Shown here: one piece after another, positions 35,372 through 46,789 of the stretch | How the letters are laid out: every line of letters starts with the position of its first letter | How positions within the stretch are numbered: the stretch's first letter is position 1 | DNA from: Selaginella moellendorffii | Taxonomy: Eukaryota > Plantae > Lycopodiophyta | Assembly (NCBI RefSeq): GCF_000143415.4 | Contig: NW_003314275.1 | Coordinates: 2,213,419-2,277,418, forward strand | Direction of reading: 5' to 3' | DNA length: 64,000 nt | Position numbers and translations under genes: made by a program | The notes under the pieces: model-generated | The model's database searches: none | Told to the model about the DNA's origin: nothing | The model's input: only the letters and a program-made list of their open reading frames with translations

Positions 35372-36334
35372 TTAGGATGAAACGAATATGCCTCGCGCGA
35401 ACGAACATAGTTTGTCCAAGAATTGTGCCACTTCCCGGGATCCTGGAGCAACATAGAAGGCGTGATCCGCGGCCTCGAGCAGCAAAAGCTCCGGATCCAT
35501 CCCACATTCGCGCATCACCTCCACGAATTCCAGCGCGCGATCGCGCAGCACGTCGAGCCCGCCGGCGACGACGAGGGTGCTGGGCAGATCGAGCTCGCGC
35601 AGCTGGGCCTTGAGATCCGGAGCAAAGACGCGGCAGTAGGGATGATTCCTGCTCGCTCCAACCGGCAGTGCGAGCTCCCAGAACCGATCGCACATATCCG
35701 TGCTGAGCAGCGAAGTGGGTGACTGGAGATTGGTCTCGGAAGGAAGCCGAGCAATGCCGCCAAAGAATGGCTGGATCAAGACGCGCCCTTTGATCTGGAG
35801 CTCGCCCAAATCCTCCGCCGCCGCTCGCATTGCGACATGGTGCGCGAGATTGCCCCCAGCGCTGTCGCCCATCACCAGGATCTTGGAGAGATCGGCGTGG
35901 GCAGCGATCCACGGATCCTTGCGGCCTCCCTGTTCTTGAGCGAGCCATTTGAGCGCCGCGAATCCGTCGTCGTAAGCCGCCGGGAGCCGGTTCTCGGGAG
36001 CTAGGCGGTAATTGACAGAGACCACGAGAGCTCCCAGTTTCTTGGAGATGCTCTCGCAGAGGACATGGAACTCCAAGGTATTCGCGGTGAAGGACACGAA
36101 TCCGCCGCCATGGAAGTAGAGCACTACTGGAAGCTTTTCGTTCTTACCTTTGGGGAGAAAGACCCTCGCCCAGATCCGGAGCTTCTCGTCGATGGTTACG
36201 TCTCTCGAGGCGATTGGATTGCCGCTAGGATCCGCTTCCACGCAGAGGGACTTGGGCATGGATTTGCGAGCAAAGGATCGATCCACGAAGAACAATCCAT
36301 CGGGGAACTCCTTGGCGACTTGGAGCGACGGCAT
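35372..36334 (-). CDS. Carboxylesterase (CXE, HSL/GID1 superfamily), single exon
   Basis: HGGGF, GDSAGG, D(VLRD) and the catalytic His (ADHAF) are all intact. Confidence 0.92.
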   Translation of the reverse strand: MPSLQVAKEFPDGLFFVDRSFARKSMPKSLCVEADPSGNPIASRDVTIDEKLRIWARVFLPKGKNEKLPVVLYFHGGGFVSFTANTLEFHVLCESISKKLGALVVSVNYRLAPENRLPAAYDDGFAALKWLAQEQGGRKDPWIAAHADLSKILVMGDSAGGNLAHHVAMRAAAEDLGELQIKGRVLIQPFFGGIARLPSETNLQSPTSLLSTDMCDRFWELALPVGASRNHPYCRVFAPDLKAQLRELDLPSTLVVAGGLDVLRDRALEFVEVMRECGMDPELLLLEAADHAFYVAPGSREVAQFLDKLCSFARGIFVSS

Positions 36335-36583
36335 TGCTGGAAAATCAAGGAAGAAAGAAAACGCTTGGACACAAACCACGACGCTGGTTTTAAGATAACA
36401 AGGTAACAAAACAATATCTCACCAAAATTTCTAGCAAACGACCCGCGACTTGCGTATCCTGCAACTTGCGACTTTGATCAACGAGACAAATCTGTCTTCA
36501 CTCGATTAAAAAGTATCAAAACCTGCTTGAATGCGTCAGAGAGATATAGAACAGACAAAGAAAAGCTTAACTTCAACCCGATC

Positions 36584-38050
36584 TCAAGGATTCACTGCCT
36601 GGCTAGTCCAATCTCCACCGCTGGAGCTCCGGAACACTATTCTCTTGTGTTGTTTAAGATGCAAGTAGTCAACCTGTTCGCTAAGATTGTTATCTTCTGG
36701 AAAAAAAAATCAATACTTCACAGACCTCAACCGGGTGGAGCGTAACAACACAGAAGGTATCAACGGGGGGCTGCGTGCTCTCGAGCCGAACCTCTTCTGG
36801 ATGAGACTCTTTTGGCTGGCCTGGATGTGGCCACGTAAATTGTTTTCGAGTTTGCAAAGAGCTGCTAAACCATGACTTCTCTCTTATCTACACACAGACC
36901 ACAAGATCGAAGTCCAGCTTTTTCTAGAACCGAAAAACGCACCTCTTTCTTTAACGGATCGTCTTCCGTGTGGCTTATAACTTCGATGTCACCGTGAATG
37001 CGAAATTGTTCCCAGCTATCAGTGAAGTAGTAACAAACCTGCAAAGAAAAAGATTAGAAGAAGAAATACTTAGAATCAAACAGCGTCAATCACCTCGGCC
37101 ACGGGACAGTGTTGAGCTTCTTGTACCTTGCAAATGAAACAAGGAGAGCTAAAACATATTTAGCCGCGAGAGATCGAAGTGAAAGCTTTTGGCAGCATGC
37201 TTGCCTTGTTGCTTCTGGAGTCTGTCGTAAACAGCAGATTGTCAGTCCCGTCCGCAAATCCCCTGGTCGAGAACCAAAAGAAAAACCACAAAAAAGCCAG
37301 TTGGTCATGGCAGAAACTCTTAATGACACGAAAGACTTGCCTGAAAACGACAGTTCGGTTTGCGGGTGTTCCATTTGCTCTAACAGTAGCCTGCCAATCG
37401 CATGAACAGCAGCTTGTAAGAAAGAATTCCAGAATTCACGTGAGAAAAAAGTCCGAAGTTTTCTTCCAGGAAAATCAAGAAGGCATGCAAACACATTACC
37501 AAAAAGCGCTGCACATAATCTTCACAGGACAGTACAGCAAGCACGAAGAACTCCTGGGAGAAACGAGCTAGAATCGCGAGAATTTCGAGAATGACTAAGC
37601 TCTACAACTACGAAATCAAAGGAAATTTTTTTTCCAGAAATTCATTTGTCCGACAGCTCTAGCAAGAAATCGCATGAACAGCGCGTAAGAGAAAGAATTC
37701 CAGAAATCAAATGTCTCTTCCAGGAAAACCACGAAGAATTCGAGAGAGATGCAAGCTCCAGAATCATTACCGAAAAGAGATCTTTTCACAGGAGCACGAA
37801 GAACTCCTGAGACAACGAACTAGATCATAAGAAACTCGAGAATGACTCAAGCTCTCACAACTACGCAATCAAAGGCAAAATTCCAGAAAATTCTCTCTTC
37901 CGGCAGCTCTAGCAAGAAATCTTCGTCTCGCTTTGCTTGAATCAGGGAGGAATCTCTTACCAGCTGACAAAATCTGCTGTGCTGGAGCTGAGAATGCGAT
38001 TCTAGAGCGCTCTCCAGTAGCTGGCGCCATGGAAGAATGCGCTCACCCAT
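36584..38050 (-). CDS. PPOX2: Pyridoxine/pyridoxamine 5'-phosphate oxidase 2-like; 7 exons, two GC-AG introns (largely missed by the ORF track)
   Basis: Spliced translation: MGERILPWRQLL...FCQL|ATVRANGTPANRTVVFR|GF..GTD.L.FTTDSRSNK|V.E..HCP.AE|VCYYFTDSWEQFRIHG...|REKSWF...|VDYLHLK...WTSQAVNP*. Confidence 0.88.
37398..37921. repeat. Two diverged tandem copies (about 250-270 bp) inside PPOX2 intron 1
   Basis: tcgcatgaacagc...gcacgaagaactcctg...gagaatgact..caactacg.aatcaaagg...cagctctagcaagaaatc occurs twice. Confidence 0.8.
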
Positions 38051-38197
38051 TCTCCAAGAACACATACAAAACCTAGGGCTTATAGTCTTCTTCCATAATG
38101 ATAGAAATAATATCAAGCAAAACAATGGAGGGATCTATGGATCGAGCGATCGATCCAAGAGCTTGATTGATCTATGAAGAATCCATAGTCAAATCTT

Positions 38198-38700
38198 CTA
38201 GGAGCACAGGCTACTGCCACTGTTGCATCGCCCGACGAAGACGCCATTGGGGTAATTCCCAGCGTAGTTGAGATAGGCCATGAATTCGACCGGGCAAGTG
38301 GTGGAGAAATCGTTCACTTGGGTCGTGTACTTGCAAGCCATCTTCTTGAACGCGCCACAGCACGCCTCCTGGTGATACTGGGGTCCCTTGCAAACGCTCG
38401 TCACCTCGGCGTAGTCCACCTTGGAGAAATCCGTAGCGCAGCCTGCCCAAGGAAGAGATTTGCGCGACTTGGATGGACCAAACAAGAATGGATCGAAGAG
38501 AGAGCTTACCTGTGGAGCTCTTGGAAGCGGCAGTTACTTGCGCCTCGCTCATCTCGAATCCGGCAGTGTAGGCGTGGGCATCTGGAATGAAAATGCCGAG
38601 ATTACAGAGACCACCATCGCAAGATCCAATGCTCACCGTGTAGAGACTCTGCGAAGACAAGCGCCAGGAGGAGGAGGACGATTTGGGTCGAGGAAGCCAT
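38198..38700 (-). CDS. LORELEI-like (LLG) cysteine-rich secreted protein, 3 exons, no GPI tail visible
   Basis: Signal peptide, then C..DF..VDY..VTS.CKGP.Y....CCGAFK..AC.Y...VND....C....YLN..G.YP.G.F...C, the 8-Cys LLG pattern. Confidence 0.85.
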
Positions 38701-39175
38701 GGCCAAGCTCGCAGAGAGACGATGGATCGAGCGAAGAGATCGCAGCGGCGATGGTATAGGTGTGGAAAAGAGGAGATGAATTTATTCGTCACACTCCACT
38801 TACCAAACAAGCTTTCAATGCTCTGCTGATTCAGGCAGTGTGTCAGAAAGGCGGTCAGGAAATTTACTCTTCTCGAAAAGGGCGGGAAAGTAAATTTAAA
38901 TTCTAAGAAAGAACCCTAAAATGTAAGTTTAGGGTTTATGGGCGCAGCGCACGGGAAGATCATCTTCCTAACCGCCGGGATTCGATCAAGTTTTTCCAGG
39001 AATCTTAGGCGCCGCGCTGGATCATGAGCTATCAAGTAAGCTTAAATGTTTCTTTCTTTATTCCTAGCATCTACCTCGATGAATATTTATATGGCAGGGA
39101 TCTCGCATTGCTAGCAGCGCTTGTAGAGATCCAGGAAAGAATGGCAAAAAAAGAGAAAGAAGGGATATGGCGCTC

Positions 39176-40765
39176 TTAACTCGTCACCAGGACCCATACT
39201 GCCTGGCTGGGGATCCCGTTGTGAAGCGCAAAGAGCATGTAGTAAGATGGAGGAGCCACGACCGAGCTCGGGGGTGCCGTGCTGGCCACATAGTAAGTGT
39301 TGGCGTAACTCAGCACCGATGCTGCTACTGGCAACTTGAGCTGCCGCTGGCCTTGTGAGAAGGAATGCGTGGTAAATGGCGAGCTCAGCAGCGTAAGCTG
39401 GATGTTCCCGACCAGCTTTCCGGGGATCGCAACGTCGACGCTGAAAGGCATGCCGTAGGTGATGGTGAAGGGGTTCTTCGCGATCCTCGGCCTCAGCCAG
39501 TCATTGGTAGCGTCCAAGTATGCCGGAGAGAAGGTTTCCACTCGGAGCTCGGTCGGGAATGGGCCAGTGTACTGATACGTGTAGCGGGTGTTACTCCCAG
39601 CAACGAGAACTCGGCCGTCGGGAAGAAGGTTGGCGGTGGAGTGATAAACTCGGGGGATGGTGGACGGAGCCTGGATCTCGAAAGTTTTCTTGTCCGGGTC
39701 GTAGAGAAGCGGATTGAGGATGGGATTGGAAGCGAGCAGATATCCTTGCGAGCCGTTTTGTGCTCCGTTGATGATCAGGACTTTGGCAGTCGGAAGCAGC
39801 ACCATGTCTCCCATGTTTCTCCGGAAAGGCATGTATGACATGTCCCAGTAGGGGGAGTTGGAGGTGACTTCCATCCGGCCGCAGGTCTGCGAGGCACCGT
39901 ATTGAGCGTCCGAGTTTTTGAACGAGGCCTGGTTTGCTCCACCGCAGACGAGGACTTCGGCCTTTGAGTAGCTGTTGGCGGTGTCGAGAGCGAGCATGAC
40001 GGAGCTTCCTGAACAGGGGTAGTTCCTCGGCTCGCCTGGGATGGTCGGGAACTTCCTGACGACGGTGTTGGTGAAGTAATTGAGCAGGATCGAGTCGCGG
40101 TTCGCAAAGATGTAGAGAAGGTTGCTTGGGAGGAGGTGGAGGTATGGATACAAGTTGTCATCCTGGAAGTCGGCCGTATCCTTGAGGAACTGGAGATAGA
40201 ACTGGCCGCCAGTCGGCTGGAACTCGTAGTTGTAGACTCCGCGGCCGCCAACAACGATAATTCGTCCGTCGGGGAGGATCTGGTTGCTCGCGTACCACCT
40301 TGAGGATTGCAAGTTGGTGCTCGACTCCATCCAGTTGCACCAGGAACCGCTGGAGCAGGGAGTGAAGTAGCGGATGATGCTACCACCGTCGGAACTCCCC
40401 CCGGTTTGCATGAGAGTTCCATTGGGAAGGAACTGGCCGGAACTACACCAGGTGTCCGAGTATATGAAAACGGGGCGTACCGTGTTAGAGGATGGATCGT
40501 AGATGACCGAGTGAGCGGTGCAGTCGTGGGTGGTCATCATGTCTGCTGGATTATCTCGGCAGTTTCCGACCAGGTTGATTGCCGAAGGCCCAATGTTGGT
40601 GCGGTCGAGGAAGATGACGTTACCATAGTGAGTGACGGCGGTGTGCATAGAGGAAATGCCGGCATTCTGGAGAACAATGTTGAATCGGCCCGGCTGCTGA
40701 GCGAGTGAGAGGCAGAAGCAGCAGCTCAAGAGCGCCAGGACTGTCCTCGCTCTCCTGTTATTCAT
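39176..40765 (-). CDS. Glyoxal/aldehyde oxidase (GLOX, galactose-oxidase-like), single exon
   Basis: Signal peptide and GISSMH. Cu/radical ligands TWCSSG, RWYAS, RVYHS and FTTHSF. C-terminal DUF1929-type Ig domain. Confidence 0.93.
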   Translation of the reverse strand: MNNRRARTVLALLSCCFCLSLAQQPGRFNIVLQNAGISSMHTAVTHYGNVIFLDRTNIGPSAINLVGNCRDNPADMMTTHDCTAHSVIYDPSSNTVRPVFIYSDTWCSSGQFLPNGTLMQTGGSSDGGSIIRYFTPCSSGSWCNWMESSTNLQSSRWYASNQILPDGRIIVVGGRGVYNYEFQPTGGQFYLQFLKDTADFQDDNLYPYLHLLPSNLLYIFANRDSILLNYFTNTVVRKFPTIPGEPRNYPCSGSSVMLALDTANSYSKAEVLVCGGANQASFKNSDAQYGASQTCGRMEVTSNSPYWDMSYMPFRRNMGDMVLLPTAKVLIINGAQNGSQGYLLASNPILNPLLYDPDKKTFEIQAPSTIPRVYHSTANLLPDGRVLVAGSNTRYTYQYTGPFPTELRVETFSPAYLDATNDWLRPRIAKNPFTITYGMPFSVDVAIPGKLVGNIQLTLLSSPFTTHSFSQGQRQLKLPVAASVLSYANTYYVASTAPPSSVVAPPSYYMLFALHNGIPSQAVWVLVTS

Positions 40766-42243
40766 CTTGGCATCGATAGGAAGCGATGAGATCTTTCGTT
40801 CACTACGATTCCAGCGGCAGCAGCAGCAAGCAGGAATGTAAGTAGTGACTACTTTCTTTTGTCTTTCTTTCGATCTTGTGACTCACAGTTTCTTTTTCGA
40901 GCAGGAACCTGAATGTGGACAACACTTGTGTGCTCCTGCTCCTGCCAAGCGAAGTGAATGGAGAGCTAAAGCCTGCACGGAGTTGAGACTGATAGATTTC
41001 GCAATGCTGCAAGGAAGTGGCCACGTCTATCTGACTATGGAGCTGCTCCTACGAGCCTTTCAATCAAGACCTCACCAAAGCTGTAGACTCGGAAGAGCAG
41101 TGCTCTTTACTGAAACGAGGGAAGCGCACACATCAACCTCACGGCCACTGCTGCGCCACTGCTACACTCTGCTGCAAGCGTCGGCTTTCCTTTGGCGTTG
41201 CTCCAGGAAGAAGAGGCGAGCTAAATGGATCCAAAAACACGATGGAGGCACCGAAAGACAAGCCAGTGGTAAGTTTCCTTTCTCTGCTTTTCCTTCATGT
41301 TTCTTAAATGTCGTCCTGGCTCTGTCTTTAGAAACAACAGGGAAGCAGCAGCTGGAGCTTTAACTAGTCGATCCAGCTTATTATTGAAACGATTAGTTAT
41401 CAACAAGAAAGTGGAGGTGGTGGACAAAAAATAAAGATTTTCCCGCTGTTGGTGGTCTGTCGGCATCGAGTGGTATGTTAGCTGGAGTTTGCTAATGACT
41501 CTGATTCGTGGACCCTCACATTGTTTCGCAGTTGTGCTTGGAAGTTTTTATTCAAGGCTTTGGTTGTTGGAAGGAGGAATGAAGCCTTTGTGTTGGTGGT
41601 TCGATCAAGTCACAACACTGCTCTTGGCTTGAGTTTTCGCACAAATTCTCGCGTCTTGGACATGTGCCACTGTCGTGTGGGTCCTCGTCCTCATTTCGCA
41701 GCAAAGCAGCGCATGTTCGTCCCGCAACCAACACCACGCTTTGACGATGCGCTTTCACACTTTATCCATTGGCTCGGGTCTCTTAGATCCAACGCGAGAA
41801 TATGGTACGAATGGCAAGCTGTTCTTCTCTTCTCTTTTCTAATGGCAAGCTATTTTCGTCTCTCTTTCAGTACTCGATCTTTCACTGGAGTAACTTTTTT
41901 CCGCGTTTCGCCTCGACATGGAATGATTAAGAAGACTTGGTGAGCTCTTCAGTTTTTTATTTTATTTTGTTCGATCTGTTTCCAGATTTTTGAGCTTCCA
42001 ACGTGATCTTTCCCTGGAATATCTTATGCTGCCAGAGGCTATTTTTTCTTGTTTCCGGTCACAAGCACCGAAGCAAAGCATCATTTGTTTTTTCTTGCTT
42101 GCCAGCTACACAGCAACAGTGACACGGAGAAGTAAAGCTGCGCTATCGTGTGCTCCAGCCAGGACTAAGATCCAAAACTTTTTATACTTTATAATCGAAA
42201 TAGACGCAAATAGACACCAAAGATTGGAAATATAAGTTGCAAC

Positions 42244-44217
42244 CTAACTTGAACTTCTGCAATCTGAGGTGTAGCCTTGAACATTCTCGCAAACCGCTCC
42301 AGCCGCCTTTCCAGAGCTGCCCAGGGTCAGCTTGACATTGCTGAAGTGGATGTTCGTGCATGCGCCGCTTGAGCTGCAGTGCAAGTTGATTCCGTCCGGA
42401 GATGCCGAAGTGCCCACGATATTCGAGTACGTAACTCCCTGGATTGTTAGAGACGACCCCTGGTTTCACAAAATCATACAAACTTAACGTTAGCAAGTGA
42501 GAAGAGAAGGGGTGTGTCGAATATTTGATATCTCACCCGCTTCTTGCCACAGCCGCCATCGCAGTAGTTTTGATCGATAATGATCGGGTTCTTCACGTTG
42601 TCCATGCTGATATTTTCAAATATCACATTGCTCACGTAACCTTTGCCACCCTGCATTCATGCAGCGTGTTTCGTCAAAGTGTTTCGATGGTTTTACCAAC
42701 TTTTACCTGCCATGTCTTGATCCGTACGCCATTTGTGGCCGCGTCGATCTTGACACCTGAGACTTGAACGTTGGAAACGGTGGCGTAAGACCCGCCCTTG
42801 CCAAGGCTTCCGATGCTGATGCCGTGACCAGGGCCGCATCGCCCGCCCAAAACCTGGATGTTGGAGCTCCCAGAAACAATCGACACGCAGTCGTCACCTT
42901 CAGATATGTGTGCAAAGAAAAGATAGTTAAAACACTGATATCAGAATCTGATATAGGAAAGTTACCGGCAGAGATGTCTGCGTCTCTAACTACAACATTA
43001 GTGCTCCCTGAAACGTGAATACCGTCGGTGTTTGGGCTGCTTTCTGGAGAGTTTATCACCACGTCTGTTGCCTGGATGGCTTGAGAGTCCGAAAACGTAA
43101 TGTGGATTTGGGGACTGTTGGTTATGGTGATGCCTTCCACCTTGATGTTCTTGCTGTCCTCAAACCTCACAGCCTACAGTAAATCAGTCAATCATGCAAT
43201 CATGCATATAATCTAAACTTTACCGTGGGAGCATCGGTGCAGTGCTGGTGCAAAAATTCACAATTTACAAGTCAGTCTCTTATTTTTTTGGGGAATCTAA
43301 GAAATCTTACCTGGCTTTTGTCTTTCTTACAGGAATGAGCCCACCAATCTTGGCCGTTGCCGTTGAAAGTTCCGCCAGTCAGTGTGAAGTCCGTCACCTT
43401 AGTGAACAGGAGCCAGCTTTTCTCGGAGGAAAACTTGGACAGCCACGCACTCCTTGGGATGGCATGCAGAGTTCCATCCACCTGAAATATTGATATACAT
43501 TAAGGATATGAAACATCATATGATATGTGATTAACCTTCATTGTGACGCTGGTACACTCTCCAAACGAGATTGGGCTGAGGTAGTAGCCCGCCGACGTCG
43601 ATGGAACCAAGATAACGGCATTGTCGCCGGCTTGGCATGCTGCATTGTAAGCGTCTAGGAAGGCCTGCAAATCGGAAATTATAAATCAAAACATCGTAAG
43701 ATTGATCACATACCTGGGCATCATCGTGCTTTCCATCGCCGACAGCTCCATAGTTCTTGACGTTAAACTCTTTGCCAGTGAGCGGTGACGAGCTGGGTGG
43801 TGGCGGCGACCGTGGTAGCGTGACAGAAGGGGGAGGAGGAGCCTTGGCTGGCGGAGGAGATCTAACCTTTGGAGCCTTTGGAGCCTTTGGAGCTTTCGGA
43901 GGCTTTGGAGCATGATGGGGTGGCAGAGGAGATTCATCTTCAAACGGAGGAGGAGATCTAACCTTTGGAGCCTTCGGAGCCTTTGGAGCATGATGGGGTG
44001 GCGGAGGAGATTCATCTTCAAACAGAGGAGGAGATCTAACCTTTGGAGCCTTTGGAGCCTTGTGTGATGGTGGTGAATGCTTGGGCGACCAATCCCGGTC
44101 CCCATCCCTGGGCTTCTTCTTTCCAGTGTGATCGTGAGATGCTAACGCACTTTGGCCACAGCAGCAAGCAATAGCAATGGCAAGAAACACACAGAGGAAT
44201 ATAGATAAATTCGCCAT
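42244..44217 (-). CDS. Polygalacturonase (GH28) with Pro/Lys-rich repetitive N-terminus, multi-exon
   Basis: FNVKNYGAVGDG, SPNTDGI, GDDC, CGPGHGISIGSLG and NGVRIKTW. Stop TAG at 42244. Confidence 0.93.
43845..44070 (-). repeat. Coding tandem repeats (APK)n-VRSPPP-FEDESP-PPHH
   Basis: 9-bp CCAAAGGCT units nested in units of about 80-100 bp. Confidence 0.85.
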
Positions 44218-44430
44218 TGTTGCCTATTTCCTCAAAAAAGCTATTTTATAGTCTTTTTTTCTACCATAAATTATCTGCAATCGGATTTTGTAATATTTAT
44301 AATTTAGAGAAATTTTTATCGTTCGAGAAATAAAAATACTTTCGTGTTTATATGGGTTATTGGTTTAGTTGTTAAAGGAGAGTTTTGTTTAACAGCTTGT
44401 TAACAGAGAGTTAGGGTTTTAGTGGCGGCA

Positions 44431-45521
44431 ATGCAGCAGCAATGCGGGAAGGAAATGCCCGCGATCTCGCGCAATCCGGGCTTCTCTCGTAGATTTCCTC
44501 CGGCGCAAGTGTGCTTGAGCAGGAGATTCTCTGGCGCAGCGTCCAGAGCTGCCACTAGAGCTCTCGCGAGATCGGAGCCTGTTTCTACTGTGGAGGTAAG
44601 GAGTTTAATTCTTTTCTGGGATTTTGTAGCGCTTAGGAGATCCATGCGCGCGTTTTCCAGGTGGAGGCGCTGCTGGATTTGATAAAATGGGACAGCAGTG
44701 GCTTGGCTGTGGCGATTGCGCAGGATGTTGACACTGGGGCGATTTTGATGCAGGGATTTGTTAATCGGGACGCTGTCTCGGCCACGATTGCGTCCAAGCG
44801 AGCGACGTATTTTAGTCGAAGTCGTCGATCTCTTTGGACCAAAGGAGAGACGTCATCCAATTTTATTGATGTTGTGGATGTCTATCTCGACTGTGATAGA
44901 GATTCGGTACGCTCTTTCTTTCATACTTTTGTGAGCTCTTGTCGAGCTTTTGTTTTCGTGTTCTTCCTCTACAGATTATTTACTTGGGAAAGCCTGACGG
45001 GCCGACTTGTCACACAGGAGCTGATACGTGCTACTTTACTCGTGCTGCTGATATCCTCCAGAACAAGCCTCTGGTCTGTGTAAACTCACAATATCGTTCT
45101 TCCATTGATAGTTTTTTTACAGATCGGAGAGAATGGATTGGCAACTTCTACCTTGTACGATTTGGAAAGAGTTATTCAACAGCGGAAGTCAGAGCCTGAT
45201 GGGAAAAAGCCGTCGTGGACGAAGCGGCTTTTGCAGGACCAGAAGCTGCTTTGCTCCAAGATAAGGTGCGCTCTGCTTTCATGCCTCTCGCGCTTGACTA
45301 GAAACTTTGGCAGGGAGGAGGCGGGTGAGCTGTGCAAGACAGTGGAAGAAAACGAAGGCAGGAAAAGGACTGTATCAGAAATGGCCGACGTCTTGTACCA
45401 TTCGATGGTGCTGCTTGCAGCGCAAGACGTGAAGATGGCAGAAGTTATGGAAGTCTTGAGAGCGAGATTTTCTCAGTCAGGCATTGAGGAGAAGAGCAGC
45501 CGAGGCAGGAGTTCAAGTTGA
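44431..45521 (+). CDS. HISN2: Histidine biosynthesis bifunctional HisIE, chloroplast
   Basis: LDLIKWD..GLAVAIAQ.VDTGAILMQGF, LWTKGETS, DCDRDS, GPTCHTG, PSWTKRLL, EEAGEL and EMADVLYH. Confidence 0.95.
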
Positions 45522-46789
45522 GGGATCTTTCAACTCAGGCCATAGATGTTTGAAACTTCCAAAATGCAAGAATCTAGCACCAACATGTATTTCATTCTAG
45601 TATGTTATGTAGAATGGAATAGGATTGTGCTTACAGTCCAGATATGGGACCCTTTACAACATTAGCTAGTTAGGTAGTTTCTGGGAATGGAGGGCACACA
45701 GTTACAAATCGGTGGAATGTGTGGTGCGCAACGTTCAAACTAAAGTGGACCTCAGGGCTGTCTTGCTATATTTAGCTGTAAAAAATATCGCTCCCGCTGT
45801 AAAGGAGAGTGTTTTTAGAAAGCCATATTGTGCAACAAAGGCATCTACAATCTGATTTATCGCTATAATAGCTATTTCCAGTGCGCACGAGGTATATGGT
45901 ATTATTGATAAAAGATTTCTTAGACTTAGAGAGATTTGTACTATCACATAGATCGGTTGGTTTGACGCTAAATGTATGTATTTGGTAATACTAAAAGGAA
46001 GCTTGACTTATCATATTTATTTAAAATGTAGGTCCTATCGGATCGATTCACGGTGACCGTGACTTGTAAGAAATCTACATATTTTGGTTGAGCATAATTG
46101 TTTCCTCTTTTATATTAAGATAGATCAGTACTAGGTTACACTATACATTAGTATATTTATTATTTGTTTCCAAATATCATTTCCAAATTGTATTTAGAGA
46201 GTGACATATTCTTTTACCTTTTTATTATGGAGCTTGCATATCCACCTAGTTTTCTTATATAGATTCTCTTTGAATTGGCTGTGATATCTGAATAAACTAC
46301 TACAATGTACTAAAGTCCCGGAGAAAAGTGAGATGTAACAAAGTTAATCAACCACTTCAAGGACGTCTAGCTATATCTTTAGTTTCACAAATTGACACAT
46401 GACAAAGTGAGAAAAGCTTACGTCTTGCAAACATATGGTGAGCCTTAGCACCCACTATAGTGGTTCTTACCGAGTGGAGGGTTCATCCCAGCAAACTATA
46501 GCTGGGCAAAAAAAAAGTAAGAAAAACAACACGTAAAAGAATAAAACAGTGGATATACCGAAGATTACACTCTTTACAAAAAACGTGGAAACGTGCAAAT
46601 TGACGCAAATGAATAGGTACAGAATGCGCCGCCTGCGCCTCCCCTCAAAAGCTACACGTCCCCACGGTGAAAAAGATAAAACAAGAGAGAGTGCTTCGTT
46701 TCTTGCTTCCCCACTAGCTCCCACTATTTCTCTACTCTGATCCCAGTGTGTGAACACAGACAGCTTTGACACTTGGCTTCCCATCGATT

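Noticed and set aside
35372-36334. Gibberellin receptor GID1
   Set aside because: The catalytic His is retained and the GID1 N-terminal lid motifs are absent, so it is an ordinary carboxylesterase.
40800-42180. Short ORFs and splice-like sites between GLOX and PG
   Set aside because: No recognisable protein or consistent exon chain; probably UTR, promoter or unannotated transcript.
46450-46510. Small palindromes (ccactatagtgg; cccagc...gctggg) as a Helitron end
   Set aside because: No correctly spaced CTRR terminus or matching 5' end could be identified.
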